Of a stretch of 62,610 nucleotides of DNA, positions 1-8,896 are shown piece after piece. Within the stretch, counting starts at the first letter, position 1; each line of letters opens with the position of its first letter. A program made the position numbers and the translations under genes. Source of the DNA: Candidatus Omnitrophota bacterium (GTDB lineage: Bacteria; Omnitrophota; Gorgyraeia; Zapsychrales; Fredricksoniimonadaceae); NCBI GenBank assembly GCA_013287965.1, contig JABDCU010000008.1, positions 1 to 62,610 of the forward strand. The letters are read 5' to 3'. Under the pieces are notes generated by a model. The model saw only the letters and a program-made list of their open reading frames with translations, was not told the DNA's origin and did no database searches.

Positions 1-1
1 A

Positions 2-337
2 TCGTATGTTTATATACAGGATTGTTTGGATGCCATATTTTTCAGCATGGATAAATTCAATGACAAGGTCAATATCCTCAACATCGGGGCCAATGAATAT
101 TGCCAGGTCAATGATTCCGTTGCCTGGATCACGGAATATCTGGGCGTTAAACCAAAACTTAAATATAGCGGCGGCGAGCGAGGGTGGATCGGGGACAATC
201 CTTTTATATTCCTGGACACTGCCAAACTCAATAACGCCGGCTGGAAGCCGAAATTAACGATCAAAGAATCTGTCATCAAGACCCTGGATTTTTTAAAAAA
301 TCATGATGCCTACAGTTGTCATACTTGCCGGCGGTGA
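2..337 (+). CDS. NAD-dependent sugar epimerase/dehydratase (extended SDR), C-terminal part; 5' end outside window
   Basis: Frame is open from the window edge (..SYVYIQDCLDAI..). GGERGWIGDNP and LDTAKL..GWKP motifs are typical of UDP-sugar 4-epimerase-like SDR C-termini. Overlaps the next gene by 35 nt. Confidence 0.7.
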   Translation, partial: SYVYIQDCLDAIFFSMDKFNDKVNILNIGANEYCQVNDSVAWITEYLGVKPKLKYSGGERGWIGDNPFIFLDTAKLNNAGWKPKLTIKESVIKTLDFLKNHDAYSCHTCRR

Positions 338-1010
338 GGCCACCCGTCTATCCCCTGTGACAAAAGCAATGCCCAAGTCCATGGTGGAATTAGAAGGCAG
401 GCCGTTCATTGCCCATCAGTTGGAAATACTCAAAAAAAATGACGTCAAACGTGTTGTCATTTGCGCGGGTTATCTTGGCCACATGGTGAAAGACTATATC
501 CACAAGGCAGGTGACCTTGGTCTAAAGGTGGAATTTTCCTTTGACGGCGATAAACTTCTTGGGACTGCCGGGGCCATCAGAAAGGCACTGCCGTTATTGG
601 AGAATGATTTCGCGGTCATGTATGGGGATTCTTATTTAACGGAAGATTTTCGTCCCATTGCCGGATTTTTCTTAAAAAGCGGTAAAAAAGGGTTAATGAC
701 CGTGTTTAAGAATGAGAACAAATGGGACATCAGCAATATCGTTTTTGATGGCGGCCAGCTCGTTAAATACGACAAGAAAAATTTGACCAAGGAGATGAAG
801 TATATTGATTACGGTTTGTTGTTTTTTAAAAAAGAGGTGTTTTCCAAGATCATTGAAGGGCGGGTGGCTGACCTGGCGGATCTATGCACGGAATTGGTCA
901 ATGGCGGCCATATGGCAGGATATGAAGTGAAGACGAGATTTTATGAGATAGGGTCGTTCCAAGGCCTGGAAGACACTAAGAAGTATCTTCAGAATACGAG
1001 CGAAGGATGA
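303..1010 (+). CDS. Sugar-1-phosphate nucleotidyltransferase (HddC/RmlA-like NTP_transferase fold)
   Basis: N-terminal VVILAGGEATRL (GxGTRL signature), GTAGA motif, ~235-aa single-domain size. Confidence 0.8.
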   Translation: MMPTVVILAGGEATRLSPVTKAMPKSMVELEGRPFIAHQLEILKKNDVKRVVICAGYLGHMVKDYIHKAGDLGLKVEFSFDGDKLLGTAGAIRKALPLLENDFAVMYGDSYLTEDFRPIAGFFLKSGKKGLMTVFKNENKWDISNIVFDGGQLVKYDKKNLTKEMKYIDYGLLFFKKEVFSKIIEGRVADLADLCTELVNGGHMAGYEVKTRFYEIGSFQGLEDTKKYLQNTSEG

Positions 1011-1174
1011 ATAGCTACTATGTTTTAGGAACATTCAGGGATTTTTGGCCAAATGTCTGCGAGGAATTACGTCAAAAATTTTCCAAATGAAGAGAATCTT
1101 TAGAAAATTTTTGACGTAAACCGAAGCAGACGGCCAAAATATCCCGTTCCGAAAACATAGTAGCTATTCATCCT
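1004..1174 (-). repeat. Long-hairpin repeat, copy 1 (inverted relative to copies 2 and 3)
   Basis: Perfect 23-bp outer stem (1004-1026 pairs with 1152-1174). Inner stem ttacgtcaaaaatttt / aaaatttttgacgtaa. Central 19 nt (1084-1102) is the reverse complement of taaagattctcttcatttg, found in copies 2 and 3. The 5' arm contains the stop codon of the nucleotidyltransferase gene. Confidence 0.85.
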
Positions 1175-1197
1175 GTACGAACTCTAAGGGGCCCAAT

Positions 1198-1713
1198 ATG
1201 TTTTATATCGTTTTTGCTGTAGCGTTGTTTATTGCCTCGGTAATCACCCATATATTCTTCTGCCGTAGAGTGGTGAAGACGGGCCTACATGCCAAGGCGT
1301 TTATTTTTACGGCTATTATTTTCTTTGGTGTTTATGCGCTCTCTGTTTTGGCCCTGTGGCATTCGCCGGTGCTTGACCCGCGCTCTTTATGGGGCCTGCC
1401 GTTTAGGATCACCGCTGGTCTCATTTTTCTTTTATTGGTCCCGGTTTATTTGTGTTTCTACGTGTTGACTCAGTTGACGAGCCCTTCTAAAAAGATCCTT
1501 CTGAGCATTTCCCAACGGGGAGCATTATCGCGCGCTGATATTTTGGCCGGTATTCAAGAGGAGCACTTTATCATGACGCGTTTGAACGATCTATGCGCCA
1601 GTGGGTGCGTGGCACGCACCAATGATAAGCATAGCCTTACTTCAGAGGGCCAAAAGATCGCGGCCATTTTAAATCTTATGCAATCCATCCTTGGCCGTAA
1701 TGTGGGAGGGTGA
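1198..1713 (+). CDS. Small membrane protein: 3 predicted TM helices plus C-terminal winged-helix-like soluble tail (paralogue A)
   Basis: Three hydrophobic stretches, then ..SISQRGALSRADILAGIQEE..RLNDLCASGCV..LTSEGQKI... Same layout as the next ORF. First gene after the hairpin repeat. Confidence 0.6.
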   Translation: MFYIVFAVALFIASVITHIFFCRRVVKTGLHAKAFIFTAIIFFGVYALSVLALWHSPVLDPRSLWGLPFRITAGLIFLLLVPVYLCFYVLTQLTSPSKKILLSISQRGALSRADILAGIQEEHFIMTRLNDLCASGCVARTNDKHSLTSEGQKIAAILNLMQSILGRNVGG

Positions 1714-1720
1714 GGGACTG

Positions 1721-2248
1721 ATGACCATGGACGTTTTGACAGCGGGCGCGGGGATATTTTCATTCCTTATTTTTTTATCCGTTCATTTCATTACATTTCG
1801 CTGGGTGCGCCCCGAAAATTTGTTGAGATCATTGCTTGTATGTGTGGTCACGGTGATGGGTTTCCCTGTTTTACTGATGGGATTTTTTTATATTTTAAAG
1901 GCGGCGGACGCAACACTGCAGGCGTGGATCTGTGCCGCCATCTTAGCATCGGTGCTGCAGGGTTTGCTGTGTTTTGTTTATGTCCTTTGCGTGTTCGGGC
2001 CCTATGAGACATCGGTGCGCATGCGCCTGGTGCGTGAAATTGCCTTGGCACCTCCCGGCGGCATCTCGATGGAGGAATTAGCCCGGTGTTATAACACGGA
2101 GATCATGGTCAATTTGCGCTTACAGCGGCTCTTGGGCTCAGGAGATATCATTGAAAAAGACGGCCTTTACCGGATCGGGCGGGAAGGGAATTTTTTCTTT
2201 ATTTTTGATGCCATTGCCGCGGTGCTAAAGAAATGGATCGCCCAATGA
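1721..2248 (+). CDS. Small membrane protein: 3 predicted TM helices plus C-terminal winged-helix-like tail (paralogue B)
   Basis: ATG at 1721 is preceded by GGGAGGG. The track start at 1691 would overlap the upstream gene. Tail is ..VRMRLVREIALAPPGGISMEELA..RLQRLLGSGDIIEKDGLYRI... Confidence 0.6.
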   Translation: MTMDVLTAGAGIFSFLIFLSVHFITFRWVRPENLLRSLLVCVVTVMGFPVLLMGFFYILKAADATLQAWICAAILASVLQGLLCFVYVLCVFGPYETSVRMRLVREIALAPPGGISMEELARCYNTEIMVNLRLQRLLGSGDIIEKDGLYRIGREGNFFFIFDAIAAVLKKWIAQ

Positions 2249-4479
2249 TCGTGGTTATTTATTCCATTTTATTGGCCATAGAAGTTTTGATCGTCGCTGT
2301 TCTTGTCTCCAATGCCATTCCCTTCGTGCATAATCCCTTCTGGGACACTGTATTGACCAATCAGCAAAGCAGCATATTTCCTAAAAGAGACCTATACCTG
2401 TACGCGTTTTTCTTATTAGTATGTTTTGGGACCTATGCGGGAATAGTGACCATCTTCCGCACGCGCCTCGAAAATCTCCAATGGCGTCAAAAATTAAACC
2501 ATTGGGCCGCAGCACAGGGGGCATGGGTTTTTATAGAGCTTTATGCTGCTTTTAAGATCATTGTGTACAATGACCCGCCTTGGGCCAGGATACTCCTTTA
2601 CGCAGGACTGACCGCTTCTTTTTTAAACAAGATATTTTGGCCTGAAATTTCTTATTTTACGCAAAAGAATTGGCCGCGCCTGGTGCTTTGGATTTCATCA
2701 AGGTGTTCGGGATGGCGCGGCAACGCGCTGGCGGTCTTATTTATTTTTGGTGTGATCTATATTCCTGACCCGCAGGCCGTGGTGGCCCAGCTTTATATGG
2801 GCGACCAGTTCCACACCTGGGACACTTCTTGTCTTGGAACGGTGTATGCCTTATTTAACGGCCTTCTTCCCGATGTGGATATTAATTCCAGATATGGGCT
2901 GGGGATGCCGGTGGTGATGGCAGGGATCATGAAATTCTTCGGAGGTTTTGATTACGTCAATGTTATCAAGGGGCTCTTGTGGATGGGGATCTTTTATTAT
3001 GTGACCTGGTTTTTTATCCTGCGACGGTGGTTTTTTAGCGGCCTGCTGGCTTTTGCCGCCATCCTCTTTGGCATGCGGGTGGCGATGTTCCCCATGTTCG
3101 TCATCCCATCGATCTGGAACGCGATGACGGAAAGTGTGATGAGATTTTGTTTTGACCCTTTATTTTTTTTGTTTTTATACAAACATGTGACCACCCATCG
3201 CAGGATATTTTTATGGGGCGCGTCCGTCATGGCCGGCATAGGGATGTTTTACATGTCCTCAACCGGCGCGTGGTTATTAATTGCTTTGTTAACCTATATG
3301 GGTATCCATTTTATTATCCCTAATATCCGTTCCCACATGGTCCGCTCCAAAGGCGATTATTTGTCCCTGGCGCGCATTATTTCTTTGGCGCCTCTTGTCA
3401 TGATCTTCCTGACGTGGCTGACAGTCAAAGGCAATGTTTTTAGGCCGGAATTCTGGAAGAACGTGATGGAATTCCACTTGATTTTTGCCAATGGGGTTGG
3501 CGGCGAATACCTCACCGCGGCCATCACGCAACGGAAAGAATTTTTATTCGCAGCCATCGGCTTGGGGCTGGTCTTGTTTTATGCCGGTTCCATTCTTTAT
3601 GCCATTCATCAGCTTTATTTTAAAAAGGCGGACCAAGGGCTTGTGTTTTCTATTCCCGTGGCTATTTATGGGCTGTGCCTGCAAACGTATTACATTGAAA
3701 TGGACTATTCATATTCCACCTTTACGCTTCCAGGTGTTTTTCTTTTGTTTTTTTGGATCGACCGCGCAAGCAAAGGACTGTCCCTTTTGAGGCAAAAACA
3801 AATCAGGGGGGTGCTGCTGGCGTCGGGTTTTTTCGCCTTGATCAGCGCGCCGATGTTCACGGCCTATCCTAATATTTTTAATTTGTCGCCCAACCCCATT
3901 GTTGACACCAATGTCTCCATCAAGCTCAGTAACGGAAAAATGTATTTTAATCAGCTGTACATTGATTTTCCGGAATGGGTGAAATTACCGGTCAATTCTT
4001 TAGGTGAAAAAGACGAGAAGCTTAAATATGAAAATGATTTTCAGACCGACGCGCAGTTGGTTGATTATTACAAACAGGAAACGGATTTTTCCAAGGACAC
4101 TGATCTGATCCGCCGGCTTACACCTGAAGGTGCGCGGGTGCCTTTGATCTCGAGCTTTGAGGTATTGATCCTCAGCGAGGCCCATCGCAAGCCGTTCTTT
4201 TATTATTTCCCTTTCTTGAGTTCCAAGCTGATGCGCACCAGGGCTTTTGTCACCTCGACACTTTATACTAAAACCCAGGTGGCCCAAATGCTTAGTCAAT
4301 TAGTACAAGCCAAACCTAAGTACATATTTATGGAGCGCATATTTTTAACGCCCCAGGTGCCCATGTGGTACGGCTATCAATTCGAAGACAGCATTGCTCT
4401 CATCAGATACATAGAAGCTTATTATCAACCGGACCAAACCGGCCAATTCCTCGTGGCCATGAAACGTAAGGAGGGATAG
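2233..4479 (+). CDS. Array paralogue 1 of 7: large polytopic membrane protein with soluble C-terminal domain, uncharacterised family (GT-C-like architecture is a hypothesis)
   Basis: Motifs KIFWPE, IPDPQAVVAQLYMGDQFHTWD, YGLGMP, GGFDY, AYPNIFNLSPNPIVD, LISSFEVLILSEAHRKPFFYYFP, GQFLVAMKRK. An alternative ATG at 2245 gives an ATGA overlap with the upstream stop. Confidence 0.9.
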   Translation: MDRPMIVVIYSILLAIEVLIVAVLVSNAIPFVHNPFWDTVLTNQQSSIFPKRDLYLYAFFLLVCFGTYAGIVTIFRTRLENLQWRQKLNHWAAAQGAWVFIELYAAFKIIVYNDPPWARILLYAGLTASFLNKIFWPEISYFTQKNWPRLVLWISSRCSGWRGNALAVLFIFGVIYIPDPQAVVAQLYMGDQFHTWDTSCLGTVYALFNGLLPDVDINSRYGLGMPVVMAGIMKFFGGFDYVNVIKGLLWMGIFYYVTWFFILRRWFFSGLLAFAAILFGMRVAMFPMFVIPSIWNAMTESVMRFCFDPLFFLFLYKHVTTHRRIFLWGASVMAGIGMFYMSSTGAWLLIALLTYMGIHFIIPNIRSHMVRSKGDYLSLARIISLAPLVMIFLTWLTVKGNVFRPEFWKNVMEFHLIFANGVGGEYLTAAITQRKEFLFAAIGLGLVLFYAGSILYAIHQLYFKKADQGLVFSIPVAIYGLCLQTYYIEMDYSYSTFTLPGVFLLFFWIDRASKGLSLLRQKQIRGVLLASGFFALISAPMFTAYPNIFNLSPNPIVDTNVSIKLSNGKMYFNQLYIDFPEWVKLPVNSLGEKDEKLKYENDFQTDAQLVDYYKQETDFSKDTDLIRRLTPEGARVPLISSFEVLILSEAHRKPFFYYFPFLSSKLMRTRAFVTSTLYTKTQVAQMLSQLVQAKPKYIFMERIFLTPQVPMWYGYQFEDSIALIRYIEAYYQPDQTGQFLVAMKRKEG

Positions 4480-6611
4480 TGGCGGACGTAAAGACAAAAA
4501 ATATTGTGGCCTACTCAGCGCTGGTCCTGGTGTTATCAGTGCAGCTTGTTATCATCCTCGCGGTCATCTCGAGCTTTATTCCTATCAAGCTTAACAGTTT
4601 TGTCCAGACACTCCTGCCTTTGTATTGGGACCAGGTGCGGCCGCACCGCCAGATGCAGATCTACGCGGTCTTCATTATTTTCGGGACCTTGGCCCAGGCC
4701 TGGGGCATGGTATTTTTAAAGAAACAGCTGCAGGATGATGGATTTGCCAAGGCCTTATGGCCCTTTGCCCTGATGCAATGGGCGTGGGTGCTGATAGAGG
4801 CGACGGCAGCCTTCAAGGTCTTTGTTTTTGGCAGTCCTGCCTGGGCCAAGTATTTTTTATATTTATCCCTGTGCGGGTGCGTTTTGAACACTATTTTTTG
4901 GCCGGAGTTTAAAAAGTGGTCAACACGCTCTTATCATTGGCTGGCCCAGCCTGCCGCGGTGTTATTGGTCAGCCGCATCGTGGACGTGCTGCTTGTGTGC
5001 GGTATCATTATTTTGCTGTGGCCGGCAGACATGGCTAAATTATTAGCGCATGTTTTTGCCTGGGATTATTTCCATCATTTGGACTTTTTCGTCATGTCTC
5101 CCGGCTGGGCCTATACGCACGGCCTGGCCATTAATAAGGACGTTGTCAGTGAATACAGTGTCGTGACCCCCGTGTTTTTAAGCACCGTCGCTAAATATTG
5201 CGGGGGCTTTAATTATGAGAATGTCATGCGTTTGATCGTTATCATGACCTTGGCCTATTATGCGGCGGTGTGGGCTTTTTTACGTGTTTGGCTCAAAAGC
5301 ACCTTGCTGGCTGCTTTCGGATTTTTGCTGGTGGTCAAACTCCAAATGTTCCACTGGGGCATTTTACCGGTGCTGTGGCGCTACCCCAGTGCCACGCCGG
5401 TGCGCTACCTTTTTGATCTCGTGCCCATCTTTTTGATATACAAACATGCCGAAGGCCTTGCCACAGGCGGGGCAGCCGGCAGCCGTGAAAAATATTTATG
5501 GCTGGCGGCTATGACCAGCGGATTGATGATGGCTTACACCATGGAGGTGGGAGTTTATTTGATCCTTGGCTTTTATGCCTACACCTTTATGCTTTTGACC
5601 TTGCCGCAGTTAAGGACAAAACTTTTTCATTTTCCCCGCGATATCCGCAAAATGACCGGGCTTTTTGTCCTGCCGTTCATAGCTGCTTTTGCCTTGTTAT
5701 GGATGGTGGGAGGCCGCGCGGTTGTGACCGGCGAATTCTGGAACAACACCACTGAGTTCGCACGGCTTTTCCTCAACGGCTTTGGCTCATTGCCGTATTG
5801 GGACGGGCTTAACGACAAACAGTTTTTTGCTTTTTGCATGGGATTTATCATCCCGGCGGTTTATGTCCTGACCATCATGATCGTCGGGGCATTTTTGTAT
5901 TTGCGCCAAATAGACACTCCCCAAATGTTCATCGTCTACGCGGCTGTCTATGGCTTGGGGATGTACCATTATTTTGTTTACCGCTCCGCGGTGACCAGTT
6001 ATTACGTGGTCTGCGTTCCCTTTGTTTTTGTATTGTGTTTTTGGCTCCAGCAGATCTTAAAACCAGTGGCCCTGCAATTGCGCCGGATCATTTTGTCCGT
6101 GCTGGTGCTGTTGACCTTGGGGGCCTTGGTAACGGGGTATTTATTTACCGTTTATCCTAATGTGCTTAACCTGTCAGGGCTTGACTTGGCCCCGGAACTG
6201 GCTTTTTATCAAAAAGAATTTCATTTTGAACCTGACGCGGCCTTGATCGACCGCCTGACAGGGCAAGATGAGCGGGTGGCCTTGATCAGCAGTTTTGAGA
6301 CGAGAATACTGATGGAGGCTGACCGCAAACCATTTTTTTATTATTTTCCCATGATCAATCCCGAGCCCATGGAAAATTTGGACTTTAAGGGTACGCAATT
6401 GTTCACCATTGACCGTGTGCGAAGGACATTGGGACAGTTAGAAAATGAAAAACCTGGCCTTGTGTTCATCGAGAAGAAATTGTTCTCAGGCCAATTGCCC
6501 GCGGCCTATTATCAGCATTTTCAAACATTGACGGTCTTAGTCCGGTATTTGACCCAGAACTATGCGCCGTATGATCAAGGCCAATTTCTGGTGGCATTAA
6601 AGCGCAAATGA
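4479..6611 (+). CDS. Array paralogue 2 of 7 (short-linker subtype)
   Basis: GTG start overlaps the paralogue 1 stop (TAGTG), with AAGGAGGG upstream. Motifs TIFWPEFK, FAWDYFHHLD, GGFNY, KLQMFHWG, YPSATPVRYLFD, VYPNVLNLS, LISSFETRILMEADRKPFFYYFP, GQFLVALKRK. Confidence 0.9.
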   Translation: MADVKTKNIVAYSALVLVLSVQLVIILAVISSFIPIKLNSFVQTLLPLYWDQVRPHRQMQIYAVFIIFGTLAQAWGMVFLKKQLQDDGFAKALWPFALMQWAWVLIEATAAFKVFVFGSPAWAKYFLYLSLCGCVLNTIFWPEFKKWSTRSYHWLAQPAAVLLVSRIVDVLLVCGIIILLWPADMAKLLAHVFAWDYFHHLDFFVMSPGWAYTHGLAINKDVVSEYSVVTPVFLSTVAKYCGGFNYENVMRLIVIMTLAYYAAVWAFLRVWLKSTLLAAFGFLLVVKLQMFHWGILPVLWRYPSATPVRYLFDLVPIFLIYKHAEGLATGGAAGSREKYLWLAAMTSGLMMAYTMEVGVYLILGFYAYTFMLLTLPQLRTKLFHFPRDIRKMTGLFVLPFIAAFALLWMVGGRAVVTGEFWNNTTEFARLFLNGFGSLPYWDGLNDKQFFAFCMGFIIPAVYVLTIMIVGAFLYLRQIDTPQMFIVYAAVYGLGMYHYFVYRSAVTSYYVVCVPFVFVLCFWLQQILKPVALQLRRIILSVLVLLTLGALVTGYLFTVYPNVLNLSGLDLAPELAFYQKEFHFEPDAALIDRLTGQDERVALISSFETRILMEADRKPFFYYFPMINPEPMENLDFKGTQLFTIDRVRRTLGQLENEKPGLVFIEKKLFSGQLPAAYYQHFQTLTVLVRYLTQNYAPYDQGQFLVALKRK

Positions 6612-6635
6612 CACCTGACGAAATGTCAGGTGTCA
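6609..6635 (+). other. Perfect 11-bp stem / 5-nt loop hairpin in the only sizeable intergenic gap of the array
   Basis: tgacacctgac-gaaat-gtcaggtgtca. The left arm includes the TGA stop of paralogue 2. No T-run follows, so this is not a canonical intrinsic terminator. Confidence 0.6.
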
Positions 6636-6669
6636 TCCTGAGCCAACGGGCGAAGGATCTCTACAACTT

Positions 6670-8892
6670 ATGAACCCTGTTATCCCTTTTTCCCTGGTCA
6701 TTTTTTGTGTCACGGTGCAGGTGTGGCTGGTATTGATCGCCTTGTCCGGTGTCATACCGCTGACGGACGCCGTAAGCACGGCGGTGTGGCCTGAGTGGCA
6801 GTATTTTGTGCGCCCCGAGAGGGATGCTTTATTGTTCCACTGTTTTGTAGGGCTGGCTTTGTTGGCCCAGGCCATTGGTATTTGGTCAATGCGGCATCAA
6901 TTAAACCAAGCCTCTTTTACCAAAACAGTGATGCCTTTTTTAGCGGCGGAGATGGTGTGGACCGCCCTGATGCTCAATGCCGCTTTTAAAGTGATCGTTT
7001 ATCATGACCGTCCATGGCTGGCCCAGGATGCTTTTATATTCCTTTCAGCAGGGGCATTGGCCAGCAAGGTGTTTTGGCCGGAGCTTAAAAGCTGGGCAGA
7101 GTGTTTTTATCAGAAGATCACGACATGTTCGTTTGGTATTAAAGCTGATGTGGCGGCATGCCTTGGTTTGGTCGTGCTGCTGTATGTTCCCGATGACAGG
7201 GCAGTGCTGGCCCGGATGTTTTTCGGCAATAATTTTCAGCATTTTGACAGTTTTACGGCACCTGCCTGGGCTTTTACCAAAGGTGCTGTGTTAAATGTGG
7301 ATGTGATGACCGAGTATGGGATCGGCATCCCGGTGATGATGTCCTGGTTTGCCAAGCTCACGGGCGGCTTTAGCTATACGCATCTATTATGGTTTTGGAT
7401 GGGAGGGACGATCACCTACTTTATTTTGTGTTTCGTATTTTTACGCCGCTGGCTGGGGTCTTTTGCCCTGAGCCTGATGGCGACCTTGCTGGCCATCAAA
7501 TTCCAAATGTTCCATTCCGGGGTCACCCCGTTTATTTTTACATTGCCGAGTGCCACGGTGGTGCGTTATTTTTGGGACATCCTTTTCTTTCTGTCCCTGC
7601 TGGGGCATTTGCGCACCTTGCGTAAGCGTTATTTGTTCAGGGCAGCTGTTTGCTGCGGAGTGCAGATCTTTTTCATGACGACCAGCGGCTATTGCCTGAC
7701 GATCGCTTTTATCGCGTATCTGACGGCTTTCATGGTCTTGGAACATTTAAGGCCTTTGGTATGTGAAAGTATCACGGAGGCTGTCAGGTTTTGCAGCTTT
7801 CTTTTCGTCGTACCTTTAACGACCTTAGGTTTTCTGGTTCTGACCCAGGGCGCCCATTTATGGACAGGGGAGTTTTGGTCCAATATGCAGGAATTTAATA
7901 ATTATTTCTTGTCCGGCTTTGGTTTGATGCCGATGTACGAGACCCTGCAGAACCATGAAACCATGGCAGGGTTAATGGGATTTTTTATTCCGGTTGTTTA
8001 TATGGGCACATTTTTAGTCACGGCAGGACTTTTGTTCTATCGACAAGTTCCACGGGAAGACCTCATGGCCGTGGTCCTTTCTTTGTACGGCATGACCTTG
8101 TACCACTATTATATCGGCCGCTCCGCACCGACGAGCTATTATGTGGTTTGTGTTCCCTATGTGTTTATTTTATTTTTTTGGCTGCAGCGATGGCTTTTGG
8201 TTTTAAAACAGGACAGGCGCCGGCTGATACTTCTGTCCTTGGGAGCGGTCATTGTTTATGCTTTGCTCACCAATCATACGTATTTGGCCTATCCTAATAT
8301 TTTTAACGTTTCACGAAACCCCATTGTTGATCCGTTGGTGGTAAGCCCTATACCTGATGGGCGTTCTTATTTTAACCAAAGCGTCAGCAAGCTCACCGAA
8401 GACCAGAAACTGCCTGCCAATTCTTTAGGCAATAAGGATGAGGGCATCAAATACGAAAAAGATTTTAAGACAGATGCCCGGCTCGACCAATATTACGACC
8501 AGGAATCTGATTTTGGCCGGGACGCGGCGTTGATCGCGGCTTTGACCAAGCCCGCAGACGCAGTGCCTTTATTAAGCAGTTTTGAAATTAAAATGCTGAT
8601 ACAGGCGGACCGCCGGCAATTCTTTTATTATTCGCCGATCCTGCTGGCCCGTCCCATGCGCATGCGCACCTTTCCTAACAGCACGATGTACAGCCTCATC
8701 CACGCGCGCAGAACACTGCACCAGCTTCAAGAAGCCAAGCCGGAATATATATTTATGGAGAAGGTCTTTTTGCAGGCGCCGGGTTTTGCCAATTTTAAGG
8801 ATGCTTCCCTGGCGTCGGTACTTAACTATGTTTTTGAGAATTATTCGCCGGATGCCCAGGGCCAATACCTGATAGCGATGAAGCGTAAATGA
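6670..8892 (+). CDS. Array paralogue 3 of 7 (long-linker subtype)
   Basis: Motifs WPEWQYFVRPERD, KVFWPELK, YVPDDRAVLARMFFGNNFQHFD, KFQMFHSG, AYPNIFNVSRNPIVD, LPANSLGNKDE, LLSSFEIKMLIQADRRQFFYYSP, GQYLIAMKRK. Confidence 0.9.
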   Translation: MNPVIPFSLVIFCVTVQVWLVLIALSGVIPLTDAVSTAVWPEWQYFVRPERDALLFHCFVGLALLAQAIGIWSMRHQLNQASFTKTVMPFLAAEMVWTALMLNAAFKVIVYHDRPWLAQDAFIFLSAGALASKVFWPELKSWAECFYQKITTCSFGIKADVAACLGLVVLLYVPDDRAVLARMFFGNNFQHFDSFTAPAWAFTKGAVLNVDVMTEYGIGIPVMMSWFAKLTGGFSYTHLLWFWMGGTITYFILCFVFLRRWLGSFALSLMATLLAIKFQMFHSGVTPFIFTLPSATVVRYFWDILFFLSLLGHLRTLRKRYLFRAAVCCGVQIFFMTTSGYCLTIAFIAYLTAFMVLEHLRPLVCESITEAVRFCSFLFVVPLTTLGFLVLTQGAHLWTGEFWSNMQEFNNYFLSGFGLMPMYETLQNHETMAGLMGFFIPVVYMGTFLVTAGLLFYRQVPREDLMAVVLSLYGMTLYHYYIGRSAPTSYYVVCVPYVFILFFWLQRWLLVLKQDRRRLILLSLGAVIVYALLTNHTYLAYPNIFNVSRNPIVDPLVVSPIPDGRSYFNQSVSKLTEDQKLPANSLGNKDEGIKYEKDFKTDARLDQYYDQESDFGRDAALIAALTKPADAVPLLSSFEIKMLIQADRRQFFYYSPILLARPMRMRTFPNSTMYSLIHARRTLHQLQEAKPEYIFMEKVFLQAPGFANFKDASLASVLNYVFENYSPDAQGQYLIAMKRK

Positions 8893-8896
8893 TCTT

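Noticed and set aside
1004-1174. Idea that the hairpin repeats are integron attC-like recombination sites (structure conserved, sequence variable, at gene 3' ends)
   Set aside because: The elements are longer than typical attC sites. I could not find the RYYYAAC ... GTTRRRY core arrangement; here GTTG is on the 5' arm and CAAC on the 3' arm. No integron integrase is in the window. The idea is still worth testing against the full genome.
6636-6660. Segment tcctgagccaacgggcgaaggatct resembles a short motif (gtcatcctgagcgaagcgaaggatc-like) that I vaguely recall as widespread in metagenomic genomes
   Set aside because: This rests on memory only, the local pairing is just 5 bp, and it occurs once in the window. 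There is not enough evidence to call it a repeat element.
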